Source: Rotaria socialis (taxonomy: Eukaryota). Taken from it: 64,000 nt of DNA. The notes below the pieces were generated by a model that ran no database searches, was not told the DNA's origin, and saw only the letters and a program-made list of their open reading frames with translations. Numbering within the stretch: position 1 is the first letter of the stretch; every line of letters starts with the position of its first letter. Below are positions 38,866 to 58,943 of the stretch, piece after piece. The position numbers and the translations under genes were made by a program. The stretch lies in contig CAJNYD010000557.1 of assembly GCA_905331295.1 (NCBI GenBank), forward strand, positions 62,001-126,000, written 5' to 3'.

Positions 38866-41800
38866 ATGAGTTCTAAATTCAATGGCATGAATCCAGGCGT
38901 GGATAAGCATCATAAAAAGACGTCTGATATATCCTATGTAAAATCGATCGGTTTCGATAATCAATTTCATGCAAAGACAGGCACAATTGAAAGGCGAGCA
39001 CGTTTTTGTCTTGTTTCAATTGTGGAGTCAAAATCTAATGAACTACATAAATATTTACAAGAACGACAAAAGATGATAAATAAATTTAATAATCTTCTAA
39101 CAAAACGCTTGCAAGCTGACGAAAATCTTTCATTGGATTCGTTTAAACTGCTACGACAATTAGGCGAAGGAGGTTATGGAACCGTTTTTCTTGCTTATCA
39201 TGCAGATAGAAATGAATATGTTGCATTGAAAGCCATTAGAAAATCTACATTAGTTGAAACAAATGAACAAAATACAATTATTTCTGAAAGACAATACGCA
39301 TTTGCATTGAATCATCCAAATATTGTAAATACAAGTAAAATATTTACTTAGCTCGTAGAATTATGTCACAATAACAAATAATATTCTTCTATCAGTGAAA
39401 TAATGTTGACCGTTCTATTCTTCACTAACCGGTAGTTTATTTTTTCTTCTTCTCACAGTCACATACTGAAGTGACTGTTGAAACCCATCAGACAATTTCT
39501 ATGGTTTACAGTTTGTAATAACAACTATTTTCCGATATTCATCGATTGTAATTATGTTTATTTGATTCAGGCATAAATCTCTTCTCCATATGATAATTCA
39601 CAAAAAAAACAAATTATTTCATGTTATCCCTGTCACGGAATTATCGATTACGAGCATAGAATTTTAATCAAGATTTCAGCAGAAATAGTCATCCGTATTA
39701 AGGATGATTAATTCTGCTGAAATTTCGATTAATGTCCAATAATCGTAATCGATAATTCCGTGATTAATATAGAGAATATTCAATATTTTTACATCGGTAG
39801 TCGAGACTAGTGAATCAGTTTGTCATAAAAGATGTTACGATTAGACGTGTTATTAAGAAATTTTCAAAAAAATATACCAAGCCAACCAATATCAAAATCA
39901 TCAGTCTGCGTAAGTGACAGAGACAGGGGAAATTATGTCAACTAGCAGTTCTGAACTATTTCTCATTTCCATGTATAGTTGATTCTATTGTTCATGATAG
40001 ACCGTTAAAATCGAAGAGTAAAAGGTTAGACTCGCTTCTACACCAAAGCGAGCACAGAAATAAAGTTCCGTTAACATAAATGAACTATGATGTCTTCATG
40101 ACATTGGCGAAGGATTAAGTAAAATGAAATTGAATAAGTATGCCTCGAAACAGAGCAATTTCTTCATGATTAAAAGTACTATAATTGTTTCTTTATATTT
40201 TAATGCTACAAGGATAGCGTTAACAGCTGTTGTTGAAGCGATGTTTGAAATAGAAATTACATTCTTTACCGACGAAGAAAAGTTCTCATCAGAGTCATCG
40301 ACAATCGTTGAAGCTATTGTGTTTTTAACTAACCGCATAAATAACATTCAAAACAAAATAATCACTTTTTAATTTTCATTATAGGTTCAACTTGTAACAA
40401 GTTTTAAAGATAATGAGTATGTTTATTTAGCGTTTGAACTTTTACATGGCGGAGATTTATATTCACTAATGGCTTATCAAAAATTAACGGAACTTCAAGC
40501 AAAATTTTATTCAGCTCAGATCGTGCTGACTCTTGATTATTTGCACAGGGTATTTTTCATAGAATTTATTAAAGAAAAGTGCAAGTTAGGCTGAGAAAGT
40601 TACACATCATACGGGCTGTTTAAGTTGTTTTTATAATTCATTGACACAAAGAAAACGAGAGCAAATAACTTATGAATTAAATATGAGAACATCTTGAAAA
40701 TACTAATAGGCGTAGTTCTTTACTGTTATCGTAATTAAATATTTATGTTTTAATATCATCCTTGGCATCCCACTTCCACTTCCTATTGTCAAAATAAAGA
40801 CATTCTTAATTGCAAGATTAAACAGAATAAAGAAACGATTCACCAACGGGTAATTTCCATAGACCGTAACTTTGACTCTTCAAGAAATTCTTATCTTTAT
40901 TTAAATAATCGACTACTCATCCTCATTTCGTGCCATGTTTCTAAACTGAATCTATGTCCCGGAATGAAGCTAACGGAAAATTAATTTGTACCTTAAACAG
41001 GCGCATTGCCGAATTCACAAAGAAAATGTATTTTTATGCTTCAGTGCAAAGTAGTCTTTCGTGATCTAAAACCTGAAAATATCGTCTTGACACAACGTGG
41101 CTATATTAAACTAATCGATCTTGGCTTGGCAAAAATTATTCGCGGTTATAGTAAAACATTTTGTGGCACTCCACACTATATCGGCAAGTTTTTTTCTGTT
41201 TATTTTACATTTAATTATGCAATCAATTTTTTAATTATTCAGCACCTGAGATCATCATGCATCAGCCATATACAATATCACCTGATTATTGGACATTGGG
41301 CATCGTTATTCATGAATTAGTGACTGGTGATGCGCCCTTCGATCGAACATACAGAATAGGTTCAAATACAAATGATAGCGAATCAATCGAATACGAATAT
41401 GATTTTCGATCGAAGAGTACTATCGAAAATCATATATCGAATATTATCCACTCGTCATCAAAGCATTACAACATGTAAAACGAAAGAAATTCTTATCTAT
41501 AGAGTGTTCTGAAAAAAATGCTTTTTTCTTCGCTTTTCATTAATAATGATGATCTAAGACATTGTTCTGTATTTCAAATAGCCTTGGGGAATCAATAGTA
41601 AATTCCGAAGAAAATGCAATTAAAACATTCAGATACAGTTACAGTCCGTTGAGAATTCTAACTATTTATGAAAATAACCAGAGAAGAGTAACTTATGATT
41701 AAACTTCACATAGGAGCAAACACTTGAACAATAATATTTAATACAAACATATCTTTTCCTTTACTTTTAGTTTTCAATGAGATATAAGTGTGAGGAATTT

Positions 41801-42635
41801 GAGCTTTTCTTTTAATATTTCATTGCGATACCCTACTGTTTAATAAACTATTGAATCATTGAGAGAGTACAGTACTGCGTCCATGATATAATATTAAACT
41901 AAAATGTATAATTAATTGTTCTTAAAAGTAATCGAATACAAGAAATAGAAAGGCAGTGAGAATTATTTTATCCTGAGAGATATTTGTTCGAGAAGTTCAA
42001 CAGCTCTAATCTTGTATAGATATATTTTTCTCTTATATAAACAACGCGCTTTTTAATTTGATTTCATGGGGATAGGTTTATGACAAACAAACAGCATCGT
42101 CCCCATATTAGGTAAATCTTAGTTTTTTGTATCAATCTCTAATTTTATTTACTTATGAAGTTCTTCTATGAAGAAGAAAAAGATAGGTACGATTGCCGTG
42201 AGACAAAACAGAGCTTGTACGAGTGATATAATAGTCAGTAAAAGTAGAATCTATCTGCGTTTAGTGAATGAGATTCAGAAGGTATCAAACGAATTGATTT
42301 TTTTCCATTCTAAATTCCATAATAGGTATCTTCGAATCATCAATGGTTGTGCATCAATTAATCTTAAACATTCAAGTATAAATTGTTTATCAATTATACG
42401 CGGTTTACTTCAATATAATGTTGAACAACGTCTCGGATGTGGCAAACGTGGCACTCTAGATATTATTGAACATGCTTGGTTCGACGAAGTTAATTTCTGG
42501 ACATTATATCAACAGAAATACATAGCTCCGTTTATTCCTATTCGTAAATATATTTTCACAGATCGATATGAAGATGACACAATACTTGGGTTTACGGCGA
42601 AAAATCTATACGAAAGTGAATTTAAGGAATTTTAA
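38866..42635 (+). CDS. Divergent cAMP-dependent protein kinase catalytic subunit-like AGC kinase
   Basis: Exons 38866-39324, 40385-40549, 41045-41183, 41243-41474, 42326-42635; [40 protein letters not shown]-terminal FKEF*. Confidence 0.85.
39633..39763. repeat. 131-bp palindrome (MITE or hairpin) in kinase intron 1
   Basis: TCACGGAATTATCGATTACGA...TCGTAATCGATAATTCCGTGA perfect 21-bp ends; inner arms TTTCAGCAGAA / TTCTGCTGAAA and TCATCC / GGATGA. Confidence 0.8.
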
Positions 42636-42950
42636 TGTAAAATAGTATCGCCTGTGAGAGATTCGTGATACATTTTTTCGGTCATTATACATATAGTTAT
42701 TATGATTGACTGGCGGATATGAATGTGTTTGTTATATTTGTAAAGAAGAGTGAAATCGCATATTTTACTGATTATATTATAATTTATTTGCGCACTAATA
42801 TTCATCGCAAGTTAGTTATTATGTACGCCATCAGATTTGCTATTGACGTACGGCTGACTATTTCCGTTAAAAAATAAAATATATCGACAATAAATAAAAA
42901 ACAACTTTTTTCCCTTCTATTCTTCTTCCTATTTGTTTCTCTTTATTTAG

Positions 42951-43280
42951 ATGTCCGGATATTTTTTATCAACATTTGGATTTATCGCGTTCTTACTTCT
43001 TGCTACATTTGTCTCATGTTCGCCCGTATTTATTCAAGATGATGATATATCTACCGAACACGACGATCAATATCTTCGCAAAACCGACAGCAATGAAGAA
43101 GCCATGAAAATTATGGTACCGACGATACTATCATTTCTTCGAGATGAGCGTTCAACAATTTTATATCCTCGTGTACATCGTAATGCATGGTATCGAGTGT
43201 CAACATATCAACATCGGCAACCATCGATTTCCGAAGAAAAAAACGATGGTAATTCTGTTATGCGATGGGGCCGTAAATGA
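42951..43280 (+). CDS. Neuropeptide precursor, C-terminal -VMRW-amide
   Basis: Signal peptide, acidic spacer, RVHR cleavage site, terminal MRW-G-RK*. Confidence 0.85.
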   Translation: MSGYFLSTFGFIAFLLLATFVSCSPVFIQDDDISTEHDDQYLRKTDSNEEAMKIMVPTILSFLRDERSTILYPRVHRNAWYRVSTYQHRQPSISEEKNDGNSVMRWGRK

Positions 43281-43760
43281 ACCAATAAATCATAATCATA
43301 ATAATAATAAATGCTTATAAGCGACATTTTTTTCTTCTTCTTCTCCTTCTCCTTCTCTGCTTTAATAAATCTAAACTAGCATGCATATTGTGTGCGTGTC
43401 TAACAACAGACAAGAGATAAAAATAAGAAGTTAAAAAAGAAAATGTAATCAGCTGCTTACATGCAATAAGAAATTATTTTGTTCTCTTCTTCTTCATCTT
43501 CTTCTTTTTATACTAAAATAATGAAATATAATCTGCATCTTCATTGATTATAAGAACTATTTAATGTCAGCTAAATCAATTTTAGTGCTCATTATTTTTA
43601 TCGCTGCGATTAAATAAAGCCTGACGCTTAGTTATTTCAGCATAAGAAAATATTTTGCTTGCTGAAGCATTAGTTACAAATAGGTAAGTTTGACGCATCT
43701 ACGTTGAAGGTGAATATAAATATGCCATTCTTTTAATCATATCCACGCCAGATCAAAAGC

Positions 43761-44108
43761 ATGCATACAATTATTGTTTCCGTGCTTGTATTGATTAGCA
43801 TATGGGCTATGCTTGCCACGTCGTCGCCAATTGGAAATCAAGATGATGAATTGCAATTTTTAAGGAACCTTATATTTCATCCCGTAGCACATCGATTTCG
43901 ATTATCACCATGGGCGCATAAACGTACTGCAGGTTTATGTGATTATCGTTTACAACATCGGCCATTACCGTTGACCAATTCATTATGTGCTTTTGGTTAG
44001 TGACATTTGCTTATCGATGGTTTCAGTAAATGAATTTTTCTTTTACCTTTTAATTTAGGTCACAACAGAGATGGTCATCATCAAGCTCATTTATTTAAAT
44101 ATGGCTAA
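43761..44108 (+). CDS. Neuropeptide precursor, C-terminal -LFKY-amide (NKY-like), two coding exons
   Basis: Signal peptide, KR site; intron 43996-44058 (gttagt...tttag) extends the ORF with GHNRDGHHQAHLFKYG*; 5'UTR intron ~43684-43751. Confidence 0.8.
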
Positions 44109-45652
44109 GAATTTTCGAAAGCTTCTACCGCGCGATGAATTAATCCTATGCTTTATTTCGAATAAATTAATCAAATTCAGAAACAACAGGTTTTTTTTCT
44201 TCTTCATAAATTTAAACGGGAAAATATTTCAATTGGCCTTTTCAACCAGTATTCAAGCTGGATTATCTCGGCTATGAAAAGATTAGCCAGATGAGACAAT
44301 GAATAGTAACATCAACATAATTATTTAAAACGAAATTGAATAATTCATGTAGATTCATTGCAAAAGAAAACCTGGAATTATTATAATTAGAAAATATTAT
44401 TTATTCATATTTTGACATGTATCAATTTTTTATTACACTAATATTGATATTTGGCAGCTGGTTGCGGCGAAGTTAGAATCATTGGTAAAGAAACCCACAG
44501 ATATCTCCTGTTGTTTGAATCCCAACGCACATTTCCTCTCCTCCTGCACAACATATGCATAGCATCTTTAGAATTGCCTTCGGCACTAATGATTACTTAG
44601 TAAAAATATTGTACAGCAATATCCAGCTTTTTCCTGATCTTTGCTGCCTGTCAATCTTGTACCAAAACATATTTAGCAGACAATGGGAAAAGTAGTTCAT
44701 ATGCCCACGCTCAATTTTAAATAGTTAATTGTTCTATTGTAAATGGATGCTGAGATAAAGCAGGAACAAGTGAAAATCCTAGAACGAAAATAAAAGAATG
44801 CTGTCTTGTCTATGATTAAAGAGAAGTTTACGTCAGAAAGCCTGAGGACACTGTCAACTATTAAACTTCCAATCCTATGAGAAAGTTGGAGAAAAATGAC
44901 GTGCTTTAATCGAGTCTTTTCCAACAATGAATTGAGAAGTAATGAATAATACATGTCACTTTTGTAGACGCTGGATAAAAATCGATTGGTAAATTTGGTC
45001 TTTATAAACAAATCAGTGCACTTTTGTCTCAATAGAAAAGCCTTTACTCTCTTAGAGCAATCAAGGAAATTAATAGCAAATCTTCAGATTTCTATTGGTT
45101 TTACCGTAAACAGAAAAGGTCCATCAAGATCAAAAAATTTAAAGATTTCTCTGCTAACAACCAACCTACACTAAAATAATTCAGTTATGCTTTTCAGGTG
45201 AAACAAAATTCAATTCACACAAATAGAATCGTTTTTTTCCCATTAAACTTCTTCGTTTCATCATTCATGTATAGCATCGCCTTACGTTAACTTCCGTCTT
45301 TCTTCACATTTTTGTTTTGTTTGCAACAACAAAACAAATATTCCCCTATGGTCAATTCAGCTACTAGCCGCGTTTGAATATGTGCCACTTAATTAATTAA
45401 AATTGGTCCTGTATGTCTATATACTTTTTAATATTTATATGTCACGCATATGTAAATTTGTTGAACAGACAACAACAAAGAAAAAAAAGTAGCAACTAAT
45501 AATAATAATAATTGACGAAAAGAAAAAGATGAACAAAAAGACAAAAAAAGAAGGACATGTGTACATATACAAGTTATTTGTTTACAGACCCTACAGACAG
45601 ACAAACAAATCGGGATATTTATTTATTTCAAATGAGATCATCTGTGAGAATT

Positions 45653-53165
<7,513 letters not shown>

Positions 53166-54359
53166 GAGGACTTTTTTATTGTTGGTTTATCATCTAGAAT
53201 AAATGAAAATAATGAAAGAAAGACGCACGAAATTTGTCTCCCATCTTGATTTTTTTTCTGTTCGTTCCTCTACAATGCCGTCCGTATATTAATGATCATC
53301 AGTTAACTGACATTAATTGAACTCTTTCTTTCTATTTGGCAAGACGTACAAAGCTATTTATTCAGGGACGCCACAATCGGTTTAAATTACACAGAGAAAA
53401 TAGTGACATTCGAATGTTAAAATATCCTTCTCCAATGAAAAATCTAGATCGATGGGTACAATAGATAGCGCTGTTGAATACGACAACGTTTCTTTTTTTG
53501 TTAATTTAGTTGGCGTATGTACGTATACTGTATCCGGTATGGATAATGGCATATAGAATTACAAGAAATATTCTACTCGTAGGAGTTTCAAGTTGATGAA
53601 TCTATGCGCCATATGATATTTATATGTAATAACTTTGTTTTTGCGATATATGATGTTTTTGTCGTATGAAAATATTCTCCGTACTTCTTGAATAGTATTG
53701 GCTATATAAATTAATTAGTCTATGGAATAAAAAACGTTCGATGGAGAGTCTTAACTAAATTCGTTATTGAGTAGTGACATTATAAACGCAACACAGTAAA
53801 AAACAAACTCGTAAATGAATACTATCGGCAGCGTTGAAAAAGTGTTCATCTATGTGACAAATTGTCTATATGACTCCAGAATCATCATAAAAAAGAGCAG
53901 TTTTAGAAATATGGATTTCTTTACTGAACTCTTTAAGCGAGATATGAAGATTGCTACATAATCTACAAACTGTGACCATGATTGAGGAAGAGAAGAGGGA
54001 AATATGTGTTGATTTAAAATAAAAGTAGCTCCAGACAGTTGGCGCTACTAGTTATTAAGTGTTAGATTTGTTGCCAATTCAATTCTTTTGTTCAACGGGT
54101 CGAATGATTTTCGCATAAAGTGTGATCGACAGCTATTTTTTCACAAAGAACGATATCCATCAATGTGTACTACCCATGACTTCCATACCCAATGCATCGA
54201 ATCGACATCAAAATTCCTATTATGAAATTTGATCCGAAATAAAAAATCAATAGGTTTCTTGCAATTTTTTTAATGTATGCGATTCATTTTTCTTCCATTT
54301 GATGACCGGATATATTTCATCATGCGAATCAAATTCTGTGACACATCTGAAAACTAACC

Positions 54360-55355
54360 CATAGGCGGCGCGTCTGCTATGCAGGGGGTATCAATTGCTA
54401 CCCCTATGGAAATTTAAGGGTAGCAATAACTTTTTATTGCTACCCCTAATAATACACATTTCGATAATTGTTGAAAGAACGTTTATACATAATGAGCCTT
54501 GTTTTATTTTCTTCTGAAGCTCTACTTTCATCATGTATGTCTGACATTTCTTTCTTTCAAGTTTGATGTCGGTTTGCATTACATGGTTGGAGAAACAAAG
54601 ACTATGTTCTCGCTTCCTTTTCTGATACAAAGAAACTCTTGATTAATTTCCACTGTTTTATATTCAATTCGATTTTTTTATGATGTAATACGAACAGTTC
54701 AAAAGTCGTGTTTTCAATACTTTATTTCCGTATAGAAAGCTTGAAGCAATTTTCTTTTTTCATATAGTGATAGAGAAAACAATGTTCTTTTTTTCTATGG
54801 TACTTGATCAATCTTCACTTAATATCAAAATTAAAAAGCCTGAATAAGAACTGTTTTTCTCTATAAAATGTGACGGTAGCACTAATTATATTAAAAAAGG
54901 CCAAGTGAGTACTTTTTGAGTCATTTTTCATTGGAACAAGATAGAGAGCTGTGGTCTTCACAGTTTGAAAGAAAACATAAAGATGTATCGAATCGTATAT
55001 TTTAGGTTTTTTCACTCTGATTTTCTTAAGATTTTTCAGTCTTCTTTCAAAATAAATCTACTTCGCGACGTATATGCAGCGAATTTTCTATTATCACGTG
55101 TGCATTCAAACCGTTAATGAAAGATCTATACAACAGCAAAAACAGCTGACATGTTTAGAATTTACTATTCTGGAGTTATAGGTATTCTAGTAGAAGCCGT
55201 AAGCGATTTTTCTAGCAATTTCTGTAAAAAGGTTTGCTTTTGTTGTTTGCTATTTGATGCAAAACTATTTCTTTGGCACATAGAAAATTGATTAAACATT
55301 TTCGGTTCAATAAACTTATTGCTACCCCTAGAAACGTCAGCTTGCGCCGCCCATG
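54360..55355. mobile_element. ~1-kb non-autonomous hAT-type element
   Basis: TIRs CATAGGCGGCGC / GCGCCGCCCATG (11/12); perfect TSD AACTAACC at 54352-54359 and 55356-55363; subterminal GCTACCCCT repeats. Confidence 0.9.
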
Positions 55356-57547
55356 AACTAACCAGGGAAATCCCTGAAGGTGAATATATATATTCTTCTA
55401 AAAATAGATACGTCTCGTAGATAGGCGAGATTAATGGCAAATATACATAATTATGTTCTATGTATAGTATCATCAATAGAATAGTTATTATTTGTTTTTA
55501 CAGTACATGAATCATGATCAACAATTGTGTTATAGCACAGATACTCAGATTATGTTAGATAAGTGTTACTTTTTTAGGAGTATTCGAGTGAAACGTTGTT
55601 CATCAGTCATTCTTCAATAGGAATTTTCCTATGATATTGGTCGCGGGCAACTAGTTGTCTCTGATGGGACATTGTCAAGAATTGATTCATTGTGGTTGTT
55701 TATCTTCTATATCGTTAATAGCTGACTTCATAATGGTTTTCATCGAATTTCAGGTACGAAAGCAAAGCCTTTCATTTGTTAAATTTCTTCCAACAAGGAA
55801 CATATATCTAACTCATTGGAAACCATACCAAGGTTCTATTGTTTACTCAATTAGATCTATCAGTGATTTAGATTAATGTGCTTTGTGAGTACAAGAACTA
55901 GAACAATAAAATGTTGAATGCCGTGAAAAAGTTCGATCATTTCTTGGCGCAGAAATGACTAAAACTAGGTCAACAAGATCCAGAAAAAAAAAATCATTAC
56001 TTCATTGGTTGTGTGATAAAGTCAATTACCCTTAATAGTGTTATTCAATCCTTGAATGTCATATAAATGAGATCATTTTTTACATAAAAGGCACTTTTTA
56101 GTTATAATTAAAGAGCAAATTTGCAGTTGAAAGAAATTTTGTTACACATTGACATATGCAGAATAATGAAATTCGCTATCCTTTGTTGTTATATTTAGCA
56201 CGTTCTAAATATGATTCCGTACAATCAAAAATCTGATTTTCCGCAAATAGTTTGAACAGCCCTGTAGCTATGGAATAAATAGCATTGTGTAGCCCGTAAT
56301 ACTATGTTTCTAGTCTTATTTCATTATATTTTCAGTTATGTAGGCAGACTTTCAGGAAGTCATTCGCGGATATTTGCAATATAAATTTTCTCAAAAACGA
56401 TTTGCTTGCATATGAATGTAATCACATCGACTGTAGCCCATAATATCTTATCAGTCACATCAATTGAATTCTAATAACTCACAGAACAAGAATGACAAAA
56501 CTACAATTTAAAGTCTCATATTTGGAAGAGTAGTTTTCTTCTCTTATGGCAAGCGTGGAGAAAAATGATTACATTGGTATCATGAAAAAGGGCATCGGGA
56601 ACATGAATAATGTTGAAGAATGAGAAGTATCAGTATTCATGTTAATTATGTTGTTTTTCAGCAGTAAACACTTACATAAGTTCATCTATATCTACAACCA
56701 AATTATAATAAACGAAGATAACCGTTATTTTAATTTTGTTAAAAAAAAATTTCATTTGAAAACAATTTTATAGAGCAAAGTATTCCCTGTCAGAATGGCC
56801 TAAGACTAGAAAATATTATGATTCCATTTCATGTATGCCGCCTGTAGTTGTTTAACAATGCCTATTACACCACCAAGGAATAACACAATCCGTGAATATA
56901 TTTATTTGATTCATTGTCAATACGAGCTGCACGGTTCATTCAATAGATTACCCTTTCTATCCTAGATAAGGCTTCTCAACGACGTGTTAATGTCAACTAA
57001 TCCCTTATAAACTTCTCTACTAATAGTAATTTCCAGAAAAAATAGTGTTGTCCCAAATGTTGTGAATCTTTATCTGAGGTATATTCATAATCATTACTTG
57101 TTGTTTCTGTATAAAAGCCAACAATGAAAAATATCCTGTTCATTTATTGATAAGAAATCAAATACGAAAACTTTCAAAAAAGAAAACAAACAGTGATAAA
57201 TCAGAATGTAGATCGACAAGTTTAGTACGAGTTAATTTCTAATTTTTGTTAAATTGATTTCTTCATATGCACAACAGAAAATAATCATGTTTGCCGAACA
57301 AATAATAGCATAAAGACCGAGTCTTAGTTTGCGATATGATACATTTTTTTTTAAACAGAAAACATCTGACTACTAATTGGCAACGTTATAAATGTTAGAA
57401 TATTTTTTTTATGTCGTACGTATAATGTTTCATTCTTAAAACGATATGTATGAATCTTATTATTCTAAGTTCATTGATCGCAAAAATTAAACCTTAACTC
57501 GTCTTTTTCTTCTCTCACGTGAAACAATTCTTTTACGCGAACGATTC

Positions 57548-58943
57548 TTATACAGTACTTTCTATTCTATCAAGCGTTTCGTTTACGTCGTAATATCTCA
57601 AATTTATTATTTTCCGTTGTTCCAATAAATCAGAACAGCTGTCAGCTGTCTTTGTCATTTTTTCATCAGTATGATTATGATTATGATTATGATTATTATT
57701 ATTATTATTTAGAGTTGCCGTACGAGTTGTCGAAGGTAAGCATGTAAATTTAAAATAATGTTTCAATGGCGTATGTTGAAGAATTTCCACAATAACACGA
57801 AAAACTTCTTGGCGAAATTTTTTTCCGGTTATAAAATAAATGTAAAATTCAAAAACTGTATCAATTAATGCTAACATACGTAAAATAAGATAAACATTTG
57901 ATGCTTTTAAATCTTCTGTTACACGAGCTTGATTTGAACGATAACTTGATTTAACATAAACATAAATACTTGCGATACTATTCGTTGTTAAAAATACAAA
58001 ACTTGTTGTTAATGTTATTGTTGTTTCGTAACTAACATCTTTTTTTGTTAATTGATTTGCCATATGTCTTATGGATGAACGTGATGAATCCGAACGAGGA
58101 AGGTCTTGGCGTGATAAATTACCATTATGATGTAAATTTAGTCTTGACGTGCGTTTCGCTGGTACTTTTAAAACATAAACAATAATAACGACATTTGTTG
58201 ATGCAACAATCGTAAATGGGATTATTGATGAAACGATAAAATTAATTATTGGACCATTATAAAATAATTCTTGAGTTACTTGAAAGCCACTAAAGGAAAA
58301 ATAGCCCATTTGTCGACCGAATAGTACATTACAATATGTAAATGAACGATTGTTATTATCAACAAATGTTGATTTTACTAAATTTGGATAATAAAAAATG
58401 TGCCAATTATAAATTAGGCCACAGACCATCATCAATAGAATGAGTACGAATACGTGAAGACGTGTTGGTTGTGGTAAATATTTTCCATGTACTATGGTAA
58501 CAAGTCGTACTGTACAAGCGAGAATAACGAAACCTATTGACCAGGATACAAATATATCAGTACTACGCGATAGAACGCATAGTAAACGAGATCCATTGAT
58601 TTGTTCGTCTTGAAGAAAAAATTTCGTATCGAAAATAAATGTCCATAGGAGTGGTACTGCGTCAAATATGGTTTTTAATAGAAGCAGTAAACCAGTGGAT
58701 GTACCACGAAGCTTAAAATAACAAAACACAAAGAAATTATTCTGGGAAAGCTTCAATAACTAAGAAAAATAAAGCTACAAACCGGTTTCCGAAGAAATAT
58801 AATACAGTTAAAAAACTTTCCAATTAAACCAAAAGTAATTAGAACTACAGCAATAATTTGTAAGATTTGTGCGTATCTATTTTGATAATGAAAATATTTA
58901 TAATTAGTTTTTTAAATTGGAAAATGCAATCTAAATTGCCCAT
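57548..58943 (-). CDS. Class A (rhodopsin-like) orphan GPCR, peptide-receptor-like
   Basis: Exon 1 58943-58783 supplies TM1 (FGLIGKFFNCIIFLRKP), spliced in phase 0 to LRGTST; seven TM segments, TM3 Cys, IIPF in TM5, FYIYFITGKKFRQE helix 8. Confidence 0.85.

Noticed and set aside
40096..40372. Overlapping ORFs in kinase intron 1 (possible nested gene)
   Set aside because: No recognisable motif or consistent splice structure
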